A DNA stretch of 64,000 nt from Basidiobolus meristosporus CBS 931.73 (Eukaryota > Fungi > Basidiobolomycota), in the NCBI GenBank assembly GCA_002104905.1, contig MCFE01000066.1, positions 124,001-188,000 of the forward strand. Direction: 5' to 3'. Of the stretch, positions 40,827 to 53,570 are shown piece by piece (within the stretch, counting starts at the first letter, position 1; each line of letters begins with the position of its first letter). The translations under genes and the position numbers were made by a program. The notes beneath the pieces are model-generated. The model ran no database searches. It saw nothing but the letters and a program-made list of their open reading frames with translations, and was not told the DNA's origin.

Positions 40827-43800
40827 ATGACTCCAGAATACTCCACATTTCGAAAGCCCCAAAGGGCCAACTCTTATGATACTCGCAGATTTGAAAGCCT
40901 GAGTGGCTCAGATATCTCAGCTACTCAGAGCAGGAATAGAGGTAGTCTGGTAGGTTCAAACCTACGACGAAACGTCTCCTTTTCTATCGACACCCAGTCA
41001 GCCAATTTTGATGGATACCAAGAAACAAGACAAGCCGATGGGGCGCTCGGGAACGTTCGCAGTTTGATGTTGAACAGCCTCATTTCCCCAAGGCACGAGT
41101 ACTCCAAAGATGTATACCAAAGTAGCTTTGCCGAAGGGCTTGGCACGCTATCCGGCCCCACGTTTTTCGAACCGGAAATGGATGAGAGCTACGCTTCCGT
41201 TGAGGTAGTTACATTTCCAACTCTCAGCAGCTCCCTATGCCTTCTACTTACGAGCCACTCTCTCGAATTTTCTAGCCGGATAACGATACGGCCTTACGCT
41301 TCAATAATAGGGTGAAGCGAGTATGTTTCCCTGTAAAATTTGGCCAATTTTTCGTAAGCATTGACGGGTTTTCTGAATCATAGAACGAGAGCTTCGATAG
41401 CTTTGGAAACCGCAACGGCAGATTGGAGTTGAGTTCCACCGGTTTACCACCCGTCACGGCTTTGTATGGATCCAACGGCAGCTCCCAAATCGACACCAGA
41501 GCACGATCCAACACACTTCCAATTGCTCGCCCAGCTCCACCAACTCACCCTTCAATGAGTGCTCTCCCAGGTCCTTTTGGGGCATTCCAACCGAGTCCTG
41601 GTAATTATAGGTCGAATGAGAGCCAAGAGCGAACAGCGGGTGCAGGGCCACCTCCCAAGTCAGTTCCCGTCTCCCGCAGAAACTCCAACGAGAGATTGGA
41701 CATATGGGAGGATTTTGAGGGCCTTGCTTTGAGCGAATCGAAGGGGCCTGCTAAAGAGTAAGTCATTCCTGCTCAGGAGCGGCAATGCAATCCTTACTGA
41801 CCAGCTTGATTCCCATCAGTGGAGTTCGCATGTCGTTGTTCAATGAAAGCCCTGACCACCACAACCCCAGCACTGATTTCCCACCATTTTCCGAGAGACT
41901 TGTCTTCGAGGATGAGAACACTAGCTCAGGTAAACAGTCCTTTTGTAGGTTTGGTCGGAAAGGTTTCTCAATGCGTTGCGTGAGATAGGGTTCACTCGAA
42001 GGTACTCGCAGACGAGCTCAGGCAGCAAAAGATTCCCTCCTATCGCACACAGAGATAGTTATCCAGATTTGGTTCGTGCCGCCTTAGATTTTCTCGGCAT
42101 TGAATGGCGAAGTTCTTATTCTCATTGACTCTAGGTAACGACTTCTTCTGCCGCTTTGGACCTGGCATATGTGCCGCAGGCTGCACGTCAAAGTGGTGCT
42201 GATCTGCACAACCCCGACTGGGAGCAGATTTCTTCCGCCCAGGCCAACGACCATGGTCTTAGACAGACAAGACCAGCTTTGAGACAAGCTGCATCGATGT
42301 ACATTGGATCGAGAAAAGGCCCCCCACTCTCGATCAATACTGTCATGTACGCAAATGAAATCCCCCAACAGGAAGCTTACCTCGCGGATAGCATGACTAC
42401 TCTTGGCAACATAGATCCCGTGTTTGGCCGAATCCACGCCAATCCGCGTGATCTGTCCGACAGATCCGTATCCCCACCGAGCAACATTTGTCGCTTCTTC
42501 CAGCAAGGCTACTGCTCCCGTGGGGATAGATGCACCTTTATTCACACCTTCAAATCCGTTCCGCCTGAGTCGCCTCATCCGATTCTATCCCCAGTCAGCA
42601 ATGGCGTGAGTCCATACAACTACCCGGCCAGCCCCCTGAGCCCCACATTCTACAACCAACTGCCCAACAACGGCTTCCACAACTATACCAAGGCTGGGTT
42701 CAACAATTTAAGCCCCAGCAATGGGAAATCTGCCCAACCCAACTCGGGCGCTAGTAAGCAGGTCGCGAAGAAAGCCTCCACCGACGTAGAGGCCTCGAAT
42801 AGGTTCTCCGGGGTGCCCATTGAAGATATGGTTGGGGAAGTTTACTCGTTGTGCAAAGATCAACACGGATGCAGGTATTTGCAGAAGAAACTTGAGGAGC
42901 AAAACCAGAAGTACGTGGATATCATTTTCCACGAAGTCTACGGTCACTTCGTTGAGTTGATGACCGATCCCTTCGGCAACTATCTCTGCCAGAAGCTCCT
43001 CGAATTTTGCAACGATGAGCAAAGAACCGCAATTGTCGACACGGTTGCCCCTGAGCTTGTGAACATTTCGCTGAACATCCATGGCACCAGAGCTGTCCAG
43101 AAGATGATTGAGTTTCTATCCAACACTCAGCAGGTCTCTCCTGGTCACTCTACTCACCCAAGACACGTTCTAAACACCGATCTGATTTAGATTCGAATGA
43201 TCATAGTTGCGCTCAACACCAGCGTAGTCACGCTCATTAAGGTACGATCTGATGCCAATTAATGCAAAAACGACGAACTAAAGGCCACCTCCCCTGCTTT
43301 AGGATCTCAACGGCAACCATGTTGTCCAGAAATGTCTCAATCGCCTCAAGTCGGCGGACAACCAGGTTATTCTCCAAGCCGATGTTTCGTTGGATACTGG
43401 CTAAACAACTTCTTTCAGTTTATTTACAACGGCGTCTGCGACAGCCTGATTGAGGTTGCTACGCATCGACACGGATGCTGCGTGCTACAGCGCTGTATCG
43501 ACTATTCTTCTGAGACCCAAAAGGTAAGTTCCCCGGGACTAAGCATCTGACGACGCCCCGCCACTAACCACTTATCCATTAGTCCCAATTGGTTTCGGCG
43601 ATCACATACCACGCCCTTACTCTCGTCCAGGTAAACTTACCACCTGGTTGATTACGTTTGCCATCCATTCCTTAGACCTCATTGTTAGGATCCGTTTGGC
43701 AATTACGTTGTGCAATACGTGTTGGACCTCAACGAGCCCCGCCTGTCAGATCCCTTGATCCGTAGGTTCTTTGGAAATACCTGCCTTTTGTCTGTGCAGA

Positions 43801-44292
43801 AGTTCAGCTCGAATGTGATGGAGAAGGTGGGTGGAGTGGTATTGCCGGTACTGTATAGTCAACAACTTAACGAGGGATTTCCCATTTTCAGTGCATCCGC
43901 GTCTCCAAGCCAGAAACGCGCAAGGGGCTTATCGATGAGCTTCTCAACCGCGAAACCCTCGATAAGCTGTTGAGAGACTCATTCGGCAATTACGTGGTTC
44001 AAACAGCACTCGACTATGCCGAAGCCAATCAACGCCTTATGGTTAGTATGATGGACATCTATGAGCGCAGGGAGGCCTTACTAAACGTGTATCCGACTAG
44101 CTGGTCGACGCAATCCGACCTCTCCTTCCGGCCATTCGCAATACTCCCTACGGAAAACGCATACAAGGGAAACTCCTCCGCGAGCAGGTGCACTCCGCTC
44201 CCCAACAACAGAACGTGGGTTCGTACGGCTACAACTACAGAGGTCCGATGAACATGATCGGTATGAATGATGTAAGCTACTCGTATATGTAA
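40827..44292 (+). CDS. Pumilio/PUF RNA-binding protein (Puf4/Mpt5-like) with a CCCH zinc finger
   Basis: CRFFQQGYCSRGDRCTFIH followed by eight PUF repeats (DQHGCRYLQ, DPFGNYLCQ, IHGTRAVQ, DLNGNHVVQ, HRHGCCVLQ, DPFGNYVVQ, QKFSSNVME, DSFGNYVVQ). Start and end approximate. Confidence 0.9.
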
Positions 44293-45085
44293 AGGCCCGT
44301 CTTCAAAATCATGGAAGCTTTCCACGCGAAGCAATCTCAAGCGAAGCCATATGTATTATCTAATGTTCCAAACACATTCCTCTTGACCACCATTACTGCC
44401 AACGTCTTCATCCTCTTTCTATAGACCTTTGTTACAGATATTGGTTGGATGTACTTTAGATCCATTTCTCCTTTCTTGGCATGAAAGAAGCATTTGTAGG
44501 GATCCAGCATATTAATGTACTTTTGTTTCCCATGAATTCGTACCCGGCTAAATGCCTTCCCAACGCCCACTCTAACTTACTGCAAACAACTCTTTCATCT
44601 ACGAAAGCGCCAAGTTTTGATGCCCCTTGACCTAACCCCAGCCCAACTCTTATACTTACCTAACCCCAGCCTCCCTCAGCGGTCAATCTTGGTTCCTGTT
44701 CCCACATATGGTTTTCTTTTCATGTTCTTTCTACCCCCCTCCCATGTGGACATAATGTATTCTATCGGTGACCCCACTTTCCTTGCGCATCGGGCGGACC
44801 TTTTCCTTGTCGGGCCTCGACCCAACGGGCAAGCACGAGGGCGCCTTTCTTATCAATCCCCACCCCAAATAGCACTTATAATGTAACAACATCTTTTCCA
44901 CCACTTTTATTGCATCAATCCAGTAGCAGAGACTTGTTCCATTTAATTATCGGGCGACAAGTCGGACTCCCACCGGTTTACATCCCCCGTCCCCAACGCT
45001 CTCGACAGTGCATGCCCGGGGTTCGGCAGGCGGGTCAGGGGAATCGCGGGGGAATCAAGGGAAGGCGAAAGCAACAAATGGGACT

Positions 45086-46581
45086 TCATTCCAACAACTC
45101 TCGTGCCTCGAGCAAACCCACCGGGGAGTAATCCACGCCTACCCTACGGGAATTCGGGCAACAGTCCGCTTTTACATACCACTGTTGCATGGTGGATTTA
45201 TGATCCATCTCCTTTATTAACATCCCAGATAACTCGTCGGGGGTCAATCGAAATTCCTCATCCAGCGAGAACTGTGTCGGTTCCGGGAGAGACTCCTCGT
45301 CGTCGGAGAAGTCGGCAAACGGGTCGTCCAGGCTCTCCTCCAGGTTGATCCAGCACATCTTGCCTGAATCAAACGTCATGTTCCCGTTTAGGTGAGCATC
45401 TCCTTTGGCCAAGGGTGGTACGGTCATTCTAGAAGGGCATCTGGCCACGGCTGGAGGGGAATAAGCTGGTTAGGACTGAACAGACGATTGCCGATGTCAT
45501 GACTACCTGTAGAACGCGTGTTTGATCCGGTTTGGCTTATGGAGATGCGAAGTAGTCGTTCTTCGATGAGCCGGTCTTTCGTGGCCTTCGCTGGCAGTTG
45601 GGCCATCGCAGGGGAATAATCAGCGATAGGGATTGGTTGGGAGGGGGACGCTGTGCAATTCATCTGGCCAAGTGAGGTGCTTGCCGGCATCGGCGACCGC
45701 GACGGTGTTGAGTGGAGAGCGTTGGAAATGCGGTGGGTTTTGAGCATGAAGGAGTCGATCCAATCGTCGTTTCCACCGAACTCAAGCTCTTCCGTTATCT
45801 CCTCAGCTTCGCTAGAGTCCCTTTCTATTGACGATCTTCCAAGAGGGTGTGTCGCAGCTCTATCCACCAGCTCGTGGAGTGTAAAGCAATCCCGAGTTTG
45901 AGGTTGTGGAGTGATCGAAGGTGAGCCTGATGGAGTAGAGGGAAAGGAATCATCACTATTCAACTCCACATCCGAGCACCCCTCCATATCCTCTGCATAA
46001 ATCCCAACTGAACCTAGACCAAGTGGCCTCGTTTCAAATTGTTGTGGAGGGTCGGGGATATCTCGATCGACGCTGCGAGGGGGGCTGAAACCCCCTTTCT
46101 CCCTGGTTGGAGAAATTAAGGTGTCGGGATGCAAGTGCGTGGAATTGGGGGCTAGACAAAGTAAGCGCTCCGTAATTATACGGTCAAATGTGTGGAAACA
46201 ACATTCGGGTACACTAAGCCTATGCCTTGCTTGGGTGCCACAGGACGTACAGATGGGTATAAATGGTAGTTTAGAACGGGTATTCGCTTCCGTGTTAGGG
46301 GAAGAAGAGGTGTAGGGGCCCAGAGGCCTCGCGCAAAGCGAGGTGTTATTTCTCCTCTCGGAGGTCAATCGTTTTTGAGACGGTATACGTACCGGAGTAA
46401 AGGCGTTTTGTGGGTAGGCTTGCCTTGCTTGTGTATCCTTCAAACTACTGGTATATTTCCTGGTTGGAGCTGGTAAGCCTTTCTTTAGCTTTCCTAGGCC
46501 AAGTCCCATATCCAGCCAGGGAGAGTCCGTGAGATCGGTGGGTGTGGAGAGGTAGCTTAGTAGGTGAGCAGTGTCCAGCAT
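45086..46581 (-). CDS. Hypothetical protein, Byr4/Bfa1-like C-terminal motif (tentative)
   Basis: Long Ser/Pro-rich ORF joined by a short GT-AG intron near 45464-45504 to GNMTFDSGKMCWINLEE..DDPFADFSDDE...EFRL, resembling the M.FD...M.W motif of fungal Byr4/Bfa1. True 3' end uncertain. Confidence 0.45.
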
Positions 46582-47129
46582 TTTAGACACAGTGAAAGAA
46601 CTGCAGCAACACTTGTTAGGTTAGGGATTAGTTTAGGGGGAAGTTGGTCAAGGTTAAGAAGAGTACTTTAGGGCTTGGGTATGTGGGTACTGTGTAGTCA
46701 AGCAAAGAGCTAACTAATCGGCATAGGGTAGTCCAAGGAATTTATCACGCGAACAAACACTCGACTGCTCACAGGAAAAGGATTCTCGGGGATACCACCA
46801 CAATTCTTCTCTGAAGAGGAATTCTTTGGACCGTCCAAGGAAAAAGAAGAGTTGATACGAAGAACACGCCACCATCAGCATCGACATGGTTACTTATACC
46901 AATCGTAGCTGATCATAGATCCGATGCAACCCCGCCTGTATTTATCAATATATATAATAAGGCTTGCATTGCAGCCCGCATTGGATTGATGGAGTTCAAA
47001 GTTTATTACACCTGCCACGCGGTAGAATATACAGTCTCAATGGAATTGAAAATGCGCCAATAAAAAGTTAAAATGTAATGGAACCTTGAACTGGAGGTTA
47101 ATGGATGTTCACTCTGGTTAGGTCAATTT

Positions 47130-47936
47130 CTAAAAGAAGAATGGGACGATTAAAAGGAGTCCGGCAATCGTGGCTGTACTGAACGAGTTCAAATTCCCGG
47201 AGTTATGTTCGTTGCTACTGGCTGGAGTAGCCTGTGGTTGTGAGCGATCTTCTGGTGTCTGTTGGTTTCCTGGCTGTCCAGCATTGGCATTATCGCCACT
47301 TGGGTTAGGGTTGGTGGGCTGGGCTGTTGGCTCTGCTGTTGCCGGAGGATTATGGTCAGTTGCTTGGCTAGTGGCCTCTGGGTTGTGGTCAGATGGTTGG
47401 GCTGTAGCTTCCGGGTTGTGGTCAGATGGCTGAGCCGTAGCATCTGGGTTATGATCAGATGGGTGCTCGGTAGCTCCTGGATCCGCAGTCACGGGATGAT
47501 CGGTTCCTGGAGGGTGCTCACCCCCAGGAACCAAGGGCGGGACTACTCCACCCGGGTTAACAGTACTGGTTGGCTCACTGGTGTCAGTATGACTGGCGCC
47601 AGTTCCATCCGAATGGGCCGGTGGCTGATTAGCCTCAGGACTAGGGGTGGCAGTCTCGACAACAACAGTGGTGGTCGTGACCCCGTTTGTATCCTCACCA
47701 CTGCCGTCACCGCCCGCACCATTGCCATTTCCATTATCGTGGCCTTGACCACTGTTACCGTCTTCTCCACCATTGCAATAATCAGCGGTGGTGCCGCAGT
47801 AACCCCATTTGGAGCAGCATTGCCCTTCAGGACACTGGACACCATTTCCGCACGAGCCATCTTGGGAGGTGTTCTGCGACAGAGACGGGCCAACAAGGAA
47901 AAGAGAAGTAATGGCGAGTACCTTTAGAAGATGCAT
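47130..47936 (-). CDS. Secreted, probably GPI-anchored protein with hevein/CBM18 chitin-binding domain
   Basis: Signal peptide MHLLKVLAITSLFLVG; CGNGVQCPEGQCCSKWGYCGTTADYC; Pro/Thr/Asp/His-rich stalk; hydrophobic C-terminus after a small-residue omega region. Confidence 0.88.
   Translation of the reverse strand: MHLLKVLAITSLFLVGPSLSQNTSQDGSCGNGVQCPEGQCCSKWGYCGTTADYCNGGEDGNSGQGHDNGNGNGAGGDGSGEDTNGVTTTTVVVETATPSPEANQPPAHSDGTGASHTDTSEPTSTVNPGGVVPPLVPGGEHPPGTDHPVTADPGATEHPSDHNPDATAQPSDHNPEATAQPSDHNPEATSQATDHNPPATAEPTAQPTNPNPSGDNANAGQPGNQQTPEDRSQPQATPASSNEHNSGNLNSFSTATIAGLLLIVPFFF
47340..47468 (-). repeat. 33-bp coding tandem repeat (SDHNPEATAQP-like, ~4 copies)
   Basis: Seen in DNA and protein: SDHNPDATAQP SDHNPEATAQP SDHNPEATSQA TDHNPPATAEP. 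Confidence 0.85.
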
Positions 47937-48614
47937 GTTAGAAGTTAGATTTAGAGGTTAGAAAGGTTGTTTAGCGGGTATTGTTTGCTTTCTTACGTCC
48001 AAGCATGGTGGGCTTAAATACCTCCGGAACCTTGCTTGACACCCAGCAAGCGCGTCTGCTCGTACGACGTAGCGAGCAAAATAAACAAATCACTGACCAC
48101 GATTGCATCCCAGCCACATCTTTCGACCAATTCGGTGTTTCAACTTGCCGGTGACGTAAATCCAGGATAGTGGCGATGTTCGCTTCGAAGTTCGCGCATG
48201 AATTTCGCCCTTCGATGAAGCCAATGGGCACGTCAGTTACCAAGTGACTAAGCCCTTGTTGCAAACATGGTGGGTTCCTTGGCATTGCAAACACAGTCAT
48301 GGATCGGGTAAACTGTAACCTGGGTAACTAACTTCCCGGCTTCAATCGGGGGTTTATTTAAATTCAATGATATCCAGAGATGTCGGGAGATTTCATGGGA
48401 ATGTGAAAGGGAAAGATAATGGTCGTTACTCAATGCCGAAAAGTATCATTGCGATTAGGATTAGGTGATTTGATAAATATCGAAATGTTGGGGGTATTCG
48501 AGATTTCGATAGTTCGTGGATTGTTAGGTTAAACGTTGTGTTGAGCTGAGGGATCTTGTGTCAACTTGAGTCCAGTAGGTGAGAGGAAAGATTAAAAAAT
48601 ATGGACAAAAATTC

Positions 48615-51205
48615 TCAGTGATATTGATTCATCTCTGTATTGGAAGCCACCATGTTTTTGGTAGAGATGTCTAATAATGCTTCGATGGATGGCTGCAGAT
48701 GGCCCTTGTTGGCGTGAAGGATGGATTCACATGTTTCTGGATCAATGCTGGTGAACATATCCTTTAGAATGGCCAATGCTTTGCTATAATCCACCGAAGA
48801 GCCTGGTGTTCTTTCGGACGTAGGAGATTTGCGAAGGGGCGTGGTTGGATAAGTTGGGCCAACAGTGGAGGATCTCTTTCGTGCACTTAGGGGTGAGGAT
48901 AGGTTGTTGAGGTCCCGAGCTTCACGAAGGCTAGAGATACTCGGCTTATCGCCACTTCTGGGCAAGCTATAGGACGTCGGGCGTGTTGACATTGGTTGAG
49001 ATCGGCTGGGGGTTTTGATAGTAACTGCATCTTCACTTTCAATATCGGAGAGGAAACGAGATATTATACTAGCAGGACGAGTACTCTGGCGTAGTGAGTG
49101 CGACTTGCTAGACGGCTCGAGCGAGTGACGAGGATTCTTCTGGTTCGGTGTGGAAACTGCATTCATGGAAGTATCACAGCTCAATGATCTGCTTAGTGGT
49201 TCTGGTAAAGATTGCCTGGGGGATATTTCTTCCACCGTTTGGTCGATATATCTGTAGCAATAGAGGATCGTGAGTGACGCATTGCGTAGCTAAGATGGGC
49301 TCGAGCACAATACCGGTTGAACTCATCCTCAGAGATAGAGAGCGACTTGCAATCCATACTTTCAATAAAGGAGATTGCTCCCATCTGATATGCTGTTAAC
49401 GCTAAGCTAGACGCCACTTCAAATGCGGAGAGAACATACCAGGTTAGTCAAGTAGTAGCCTGCTTCAGATTGGAGTTTATCTGGATTCCTGAAGCGCGAA
49501 ATGTATCTACAAATGTATGAGCGAGGGGATCAGGTAAGTAGTCAAGTGCGATGGTACATACTGTACATTGGAGATGAGTTTTGATGGATTGGCTCTAATG
49601 ACTACCAGAATCAGAACCGGAAGGAACCTATCGGCGCTGGTGTCAGTATTCAAATGCTTCAACAATCGTAAATCAGAGTTAAAGATGCTGGTATTGGGTT
49701 TAGCAAGGTAGCAGCATGTAATAAAAAGGATATCAAAAATGATGATGCAACAGTTCAGAATACATATTAGCTTATCGCGCGGAGCTTTGTAGTGGTTCAT
49801 TTTCAATAGCTCTAGGTTCATCGTGCTGTTAGTATTGGCGAGAGCAGGGTGGGCAGGGAAATGCCTACCAGCTTGAGCAAATTGCAAGAATGAGTCGTTA
49901 TGGCTATTGGCGGGAATATCGAGGTGTTCTTCGCGAACCCATCTGTACAGTTGAATTCTTTGACTCAACACCTCATCTTTCTCCGCATCATCAGTAGTGA
50001 CTGGGCAAAAAGCACTAGATTTGTTGAGGATCAATGGCGTCGGAAGAAGAGTAGACATTCTCTTACTATTTATAAAGCCGGTTCATGACGAGCTTTTCCA
50101 TTCCTTCGGTAGCATTTTCGAATTCTTTCTCTGTTGCGTTGTGCCAGAGCTCACATCCTTGCATCTTCAGCGATATACTCTGTGTAGCTGATCGGTTAGT
50201 TTGTGCGTCGGCTGTTTTTCAGGCCTGACATGCTTACATCAAGAAACTCGTGAATAGTTCTGATTTGCTCGTTGACGGATAGAGGTTTGCGACCAAAATC
50301 TCTTAGAAAACTAGGCCAATATTTCAGTTTCTGTAGGTGTTACACTCTCACAACTATGCATCTTACCTTTTCAAATAACGAGCCACAGGAGCAGCGTTTT
50401 TATGGCGCATCTGCTCCAGGAAACGATTGTACTCGAACCGTTCTGGATCCTGATGTGGAGATGGTTCTGGAGTAATATTTCTGCCACCGTCGGAACCATC
50501 ACTTTGTACTGGGCTAGAGAATCCTGAATATGGCCCGGGATTCTCCTTCGAGTCCGGCGAGAGATTATTCTTACTCAATGCTTTACTCTTATCTTGAGAA
50601 GCAAGTGGCGACTCCGCTTTTTTCCCGATTAATTTTACTGGTACTGAAGGGACCTCTTGATAAGCGAGTGTTAGCACCTAAAATTGTATGTGTTGTCATT
50701 GAATGTAGGCCAATTACCGGATGACGGGGTCGGGGATGTCGAGTACTTGGAAGTGGTATCAGCATTAGTACTCTCAGCGTGAGTATGAAAAGAACTCTCC
50801 CAAAATTGGCTCGTAGGGTGAGTAGGTAGTTCGGTAGTTGGGGAGTCTGTGGGGGTATGTGGCGTCTCTACCTCATTTGTTTCACTACAAATACGATGAC
50901 AACGAAGGGGTAAAATTAGCCCAGTATTTCTTGAAAGCTACTCATGCCCTGAGGATGCATGAGATTGATTCAAAAAGATGTATAAAAACCTACACTTCTG
51001 ATGGCCGGTATACAGAATCGATGTATTTTTGCGAGAGGGGGCTAGGAGGACAGTCTGCCCAAGGATTCTCCTCTGGTGAATCGGAAGATTCACTTCGACC
51101 TGGTATGGTGATGTTCAATTTTTCTTGCATTATCTCCGACAAACTCTTATCTTGTCCAATGGGTGCCGTAATTGTGGAAGAAATTAGAGGCTCTATAGGA
51201 TCCAT
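48615..51205 (-). CDS. VPS9: Rab5 GEF Vps9 with C-terminal CUE domain (multi-exon)
   Basis: LLKMNHYKAPRDKLICILNCC, SADRFLPVLILVVIRANP, GAISFIESMD; CUE domain LKDMFTSIDPETCESILHANKGHLQPSIEALL. 5' exons tentative. Confidence 0.88.
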
Positions 51206-52512
51206 GTTACACTATGGTTATCTTTGAAGCCCCAGAACTCTCGAATTTAGGAAATAACTACCACAGTTAAAGTGATGACTTGGATTGATTTTGTGGAGTG
51301 GGTATTGAATGTTGCCAGATTGTCCAGTTTAGTTCAAACTCAAGTGGTATTTGCTGAGGCTACTGTGCAGGGACGTAGTGATGAAAATCCCAGACTAAAA
51401 AATGCTGAAGGGATTTCAATTTGAAACAAGTTACAAACACACTGGAGTAAAGGATAAATAAGAGGAGTGGGGTAAAAACGCTCTTTTAGATGAAATGTTG
51501 AATGCTCTCGATAATACGATGCAAGCTTCCGTTTGGCCACCGAAATTAATGTTTCGGTCGACGGCGGGAGTTCGGCTTCCAAGCATCGGCTTCATGTGTA
51601 CCATACTGCCACAAACATTTCAATATTCGGAAATCATTTGAAAAATCAACATTGATTGATGCACAGCTATTGGACAAATGCCCTCTTTGTTTATCGAATG
51701 CTGGGACTAGCAACAGCGGATGGATTGTCAACCAGTGACATACTACAGCAAGAGCGCTATCCGTGATTACCCCAATAGCAAGGGATGTCGAAGCCTCCTT
51801 TCACTAATCTGAAGAGAGGATACATCCTTACTAATCCATTGGAGTGCCATCTCACGAAAGGTGTAGTGACCAGAATTTACCGCAAGCTATATGCCAATTA
51901 CCACTGGCCTGTAATATTCCACCCCATAGCGAACGTGACTGTGTCTCAACTGCACGTGATCGATTGTTGCAGAGAAGGCATTTTATTCACATTCATCATG
52001 CTCACAATTGCTTAAAAGCGAATTCATGGGTGGCTGAGCCAGTTGACCACTTCCTCTGGCAGTGCTAATAATCAAAGATCAACAAAGCTGTGCATCAATG
52101 TCGTGACTAAGGTGATATACTAATAAATGAATATGATTCTTGTTGTCTCCTTACAACGCAACTCCTACCAATCAACCTTTACCGCAATCAAGGGCTGTGC
52201 TGGTCATTTGTTTCTAAATATGGAGATTACCGCTTACCTATTGATCAAGCAAGGGGACCACAGTAAATCGGATTGTTAAATCCCTTGTTGTTTTACATTC
52301 AGATCCCCTTATTTTACCTGGCGGGGTCCTTTATATCTCCCAGCTCCCTCCCATTCTCGTAGAACCCTTGGTATCTCCAGTTACCCAATAACACTAGCAA
52401 CGAAAGAATATCTATAACTACGCCGCCTTCATATTCTCACTCCCTTAAAACTAACTCTAAACACACTTAGTTGCCGTACACTTCTCCCTAAACTCTGCAC
52501 ATACTTTCAAAG

Positions 52513-53056
<544 letters not shown>

Positions 53057-53570
53057 AGGGGTCAATCCTTTCTGAATGTTTGTCTTATGTATATATGTGG
53101 GTATAATGGCTTTGCTTGGCTGGTTTACTACAGTCATCAATATCCAATGTCTACATACTACATGTCGATCCATTGAAAACCTGTGCTATTCATAGTGCTG
53201 CTATTTCCATTCTTTCTCAACTGGTTTTCACATTTAGTTTGGTGTGTACCTTTACGCATTCAGTTTCTTTGCGGATTGTTGTCTGCTATGAATGTGTGAA
53301 TAGTGTACGCAGAAGTCTTGTAGTTACTGAGCAATTCACCCATTTCACGTATACGACAATCTAGTCAATAAACGCTTTATGCTGAGTCTATGGAGAATTT
53401 CGGGTGTTCCATTGCACTTACTAATGTGGATCCATTGCTGGAAAATGCGAAAGGTTGGTCAAAGATCAGCCATATTTGACTCATTTTGGGTTTGTGTGCA
53501 ACATGATGGATGATTCAATTTATTAAAGAATTCTTGTCAAGATAGAGATGAGCTCGTTATATCAGCTGAT

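Noticed and set aside
51300-52300. Short ORFs between VPS9 and ATG8
   Set aside because: Fragmentary, no motifs or consistent splice pattern; treated as intergenic.
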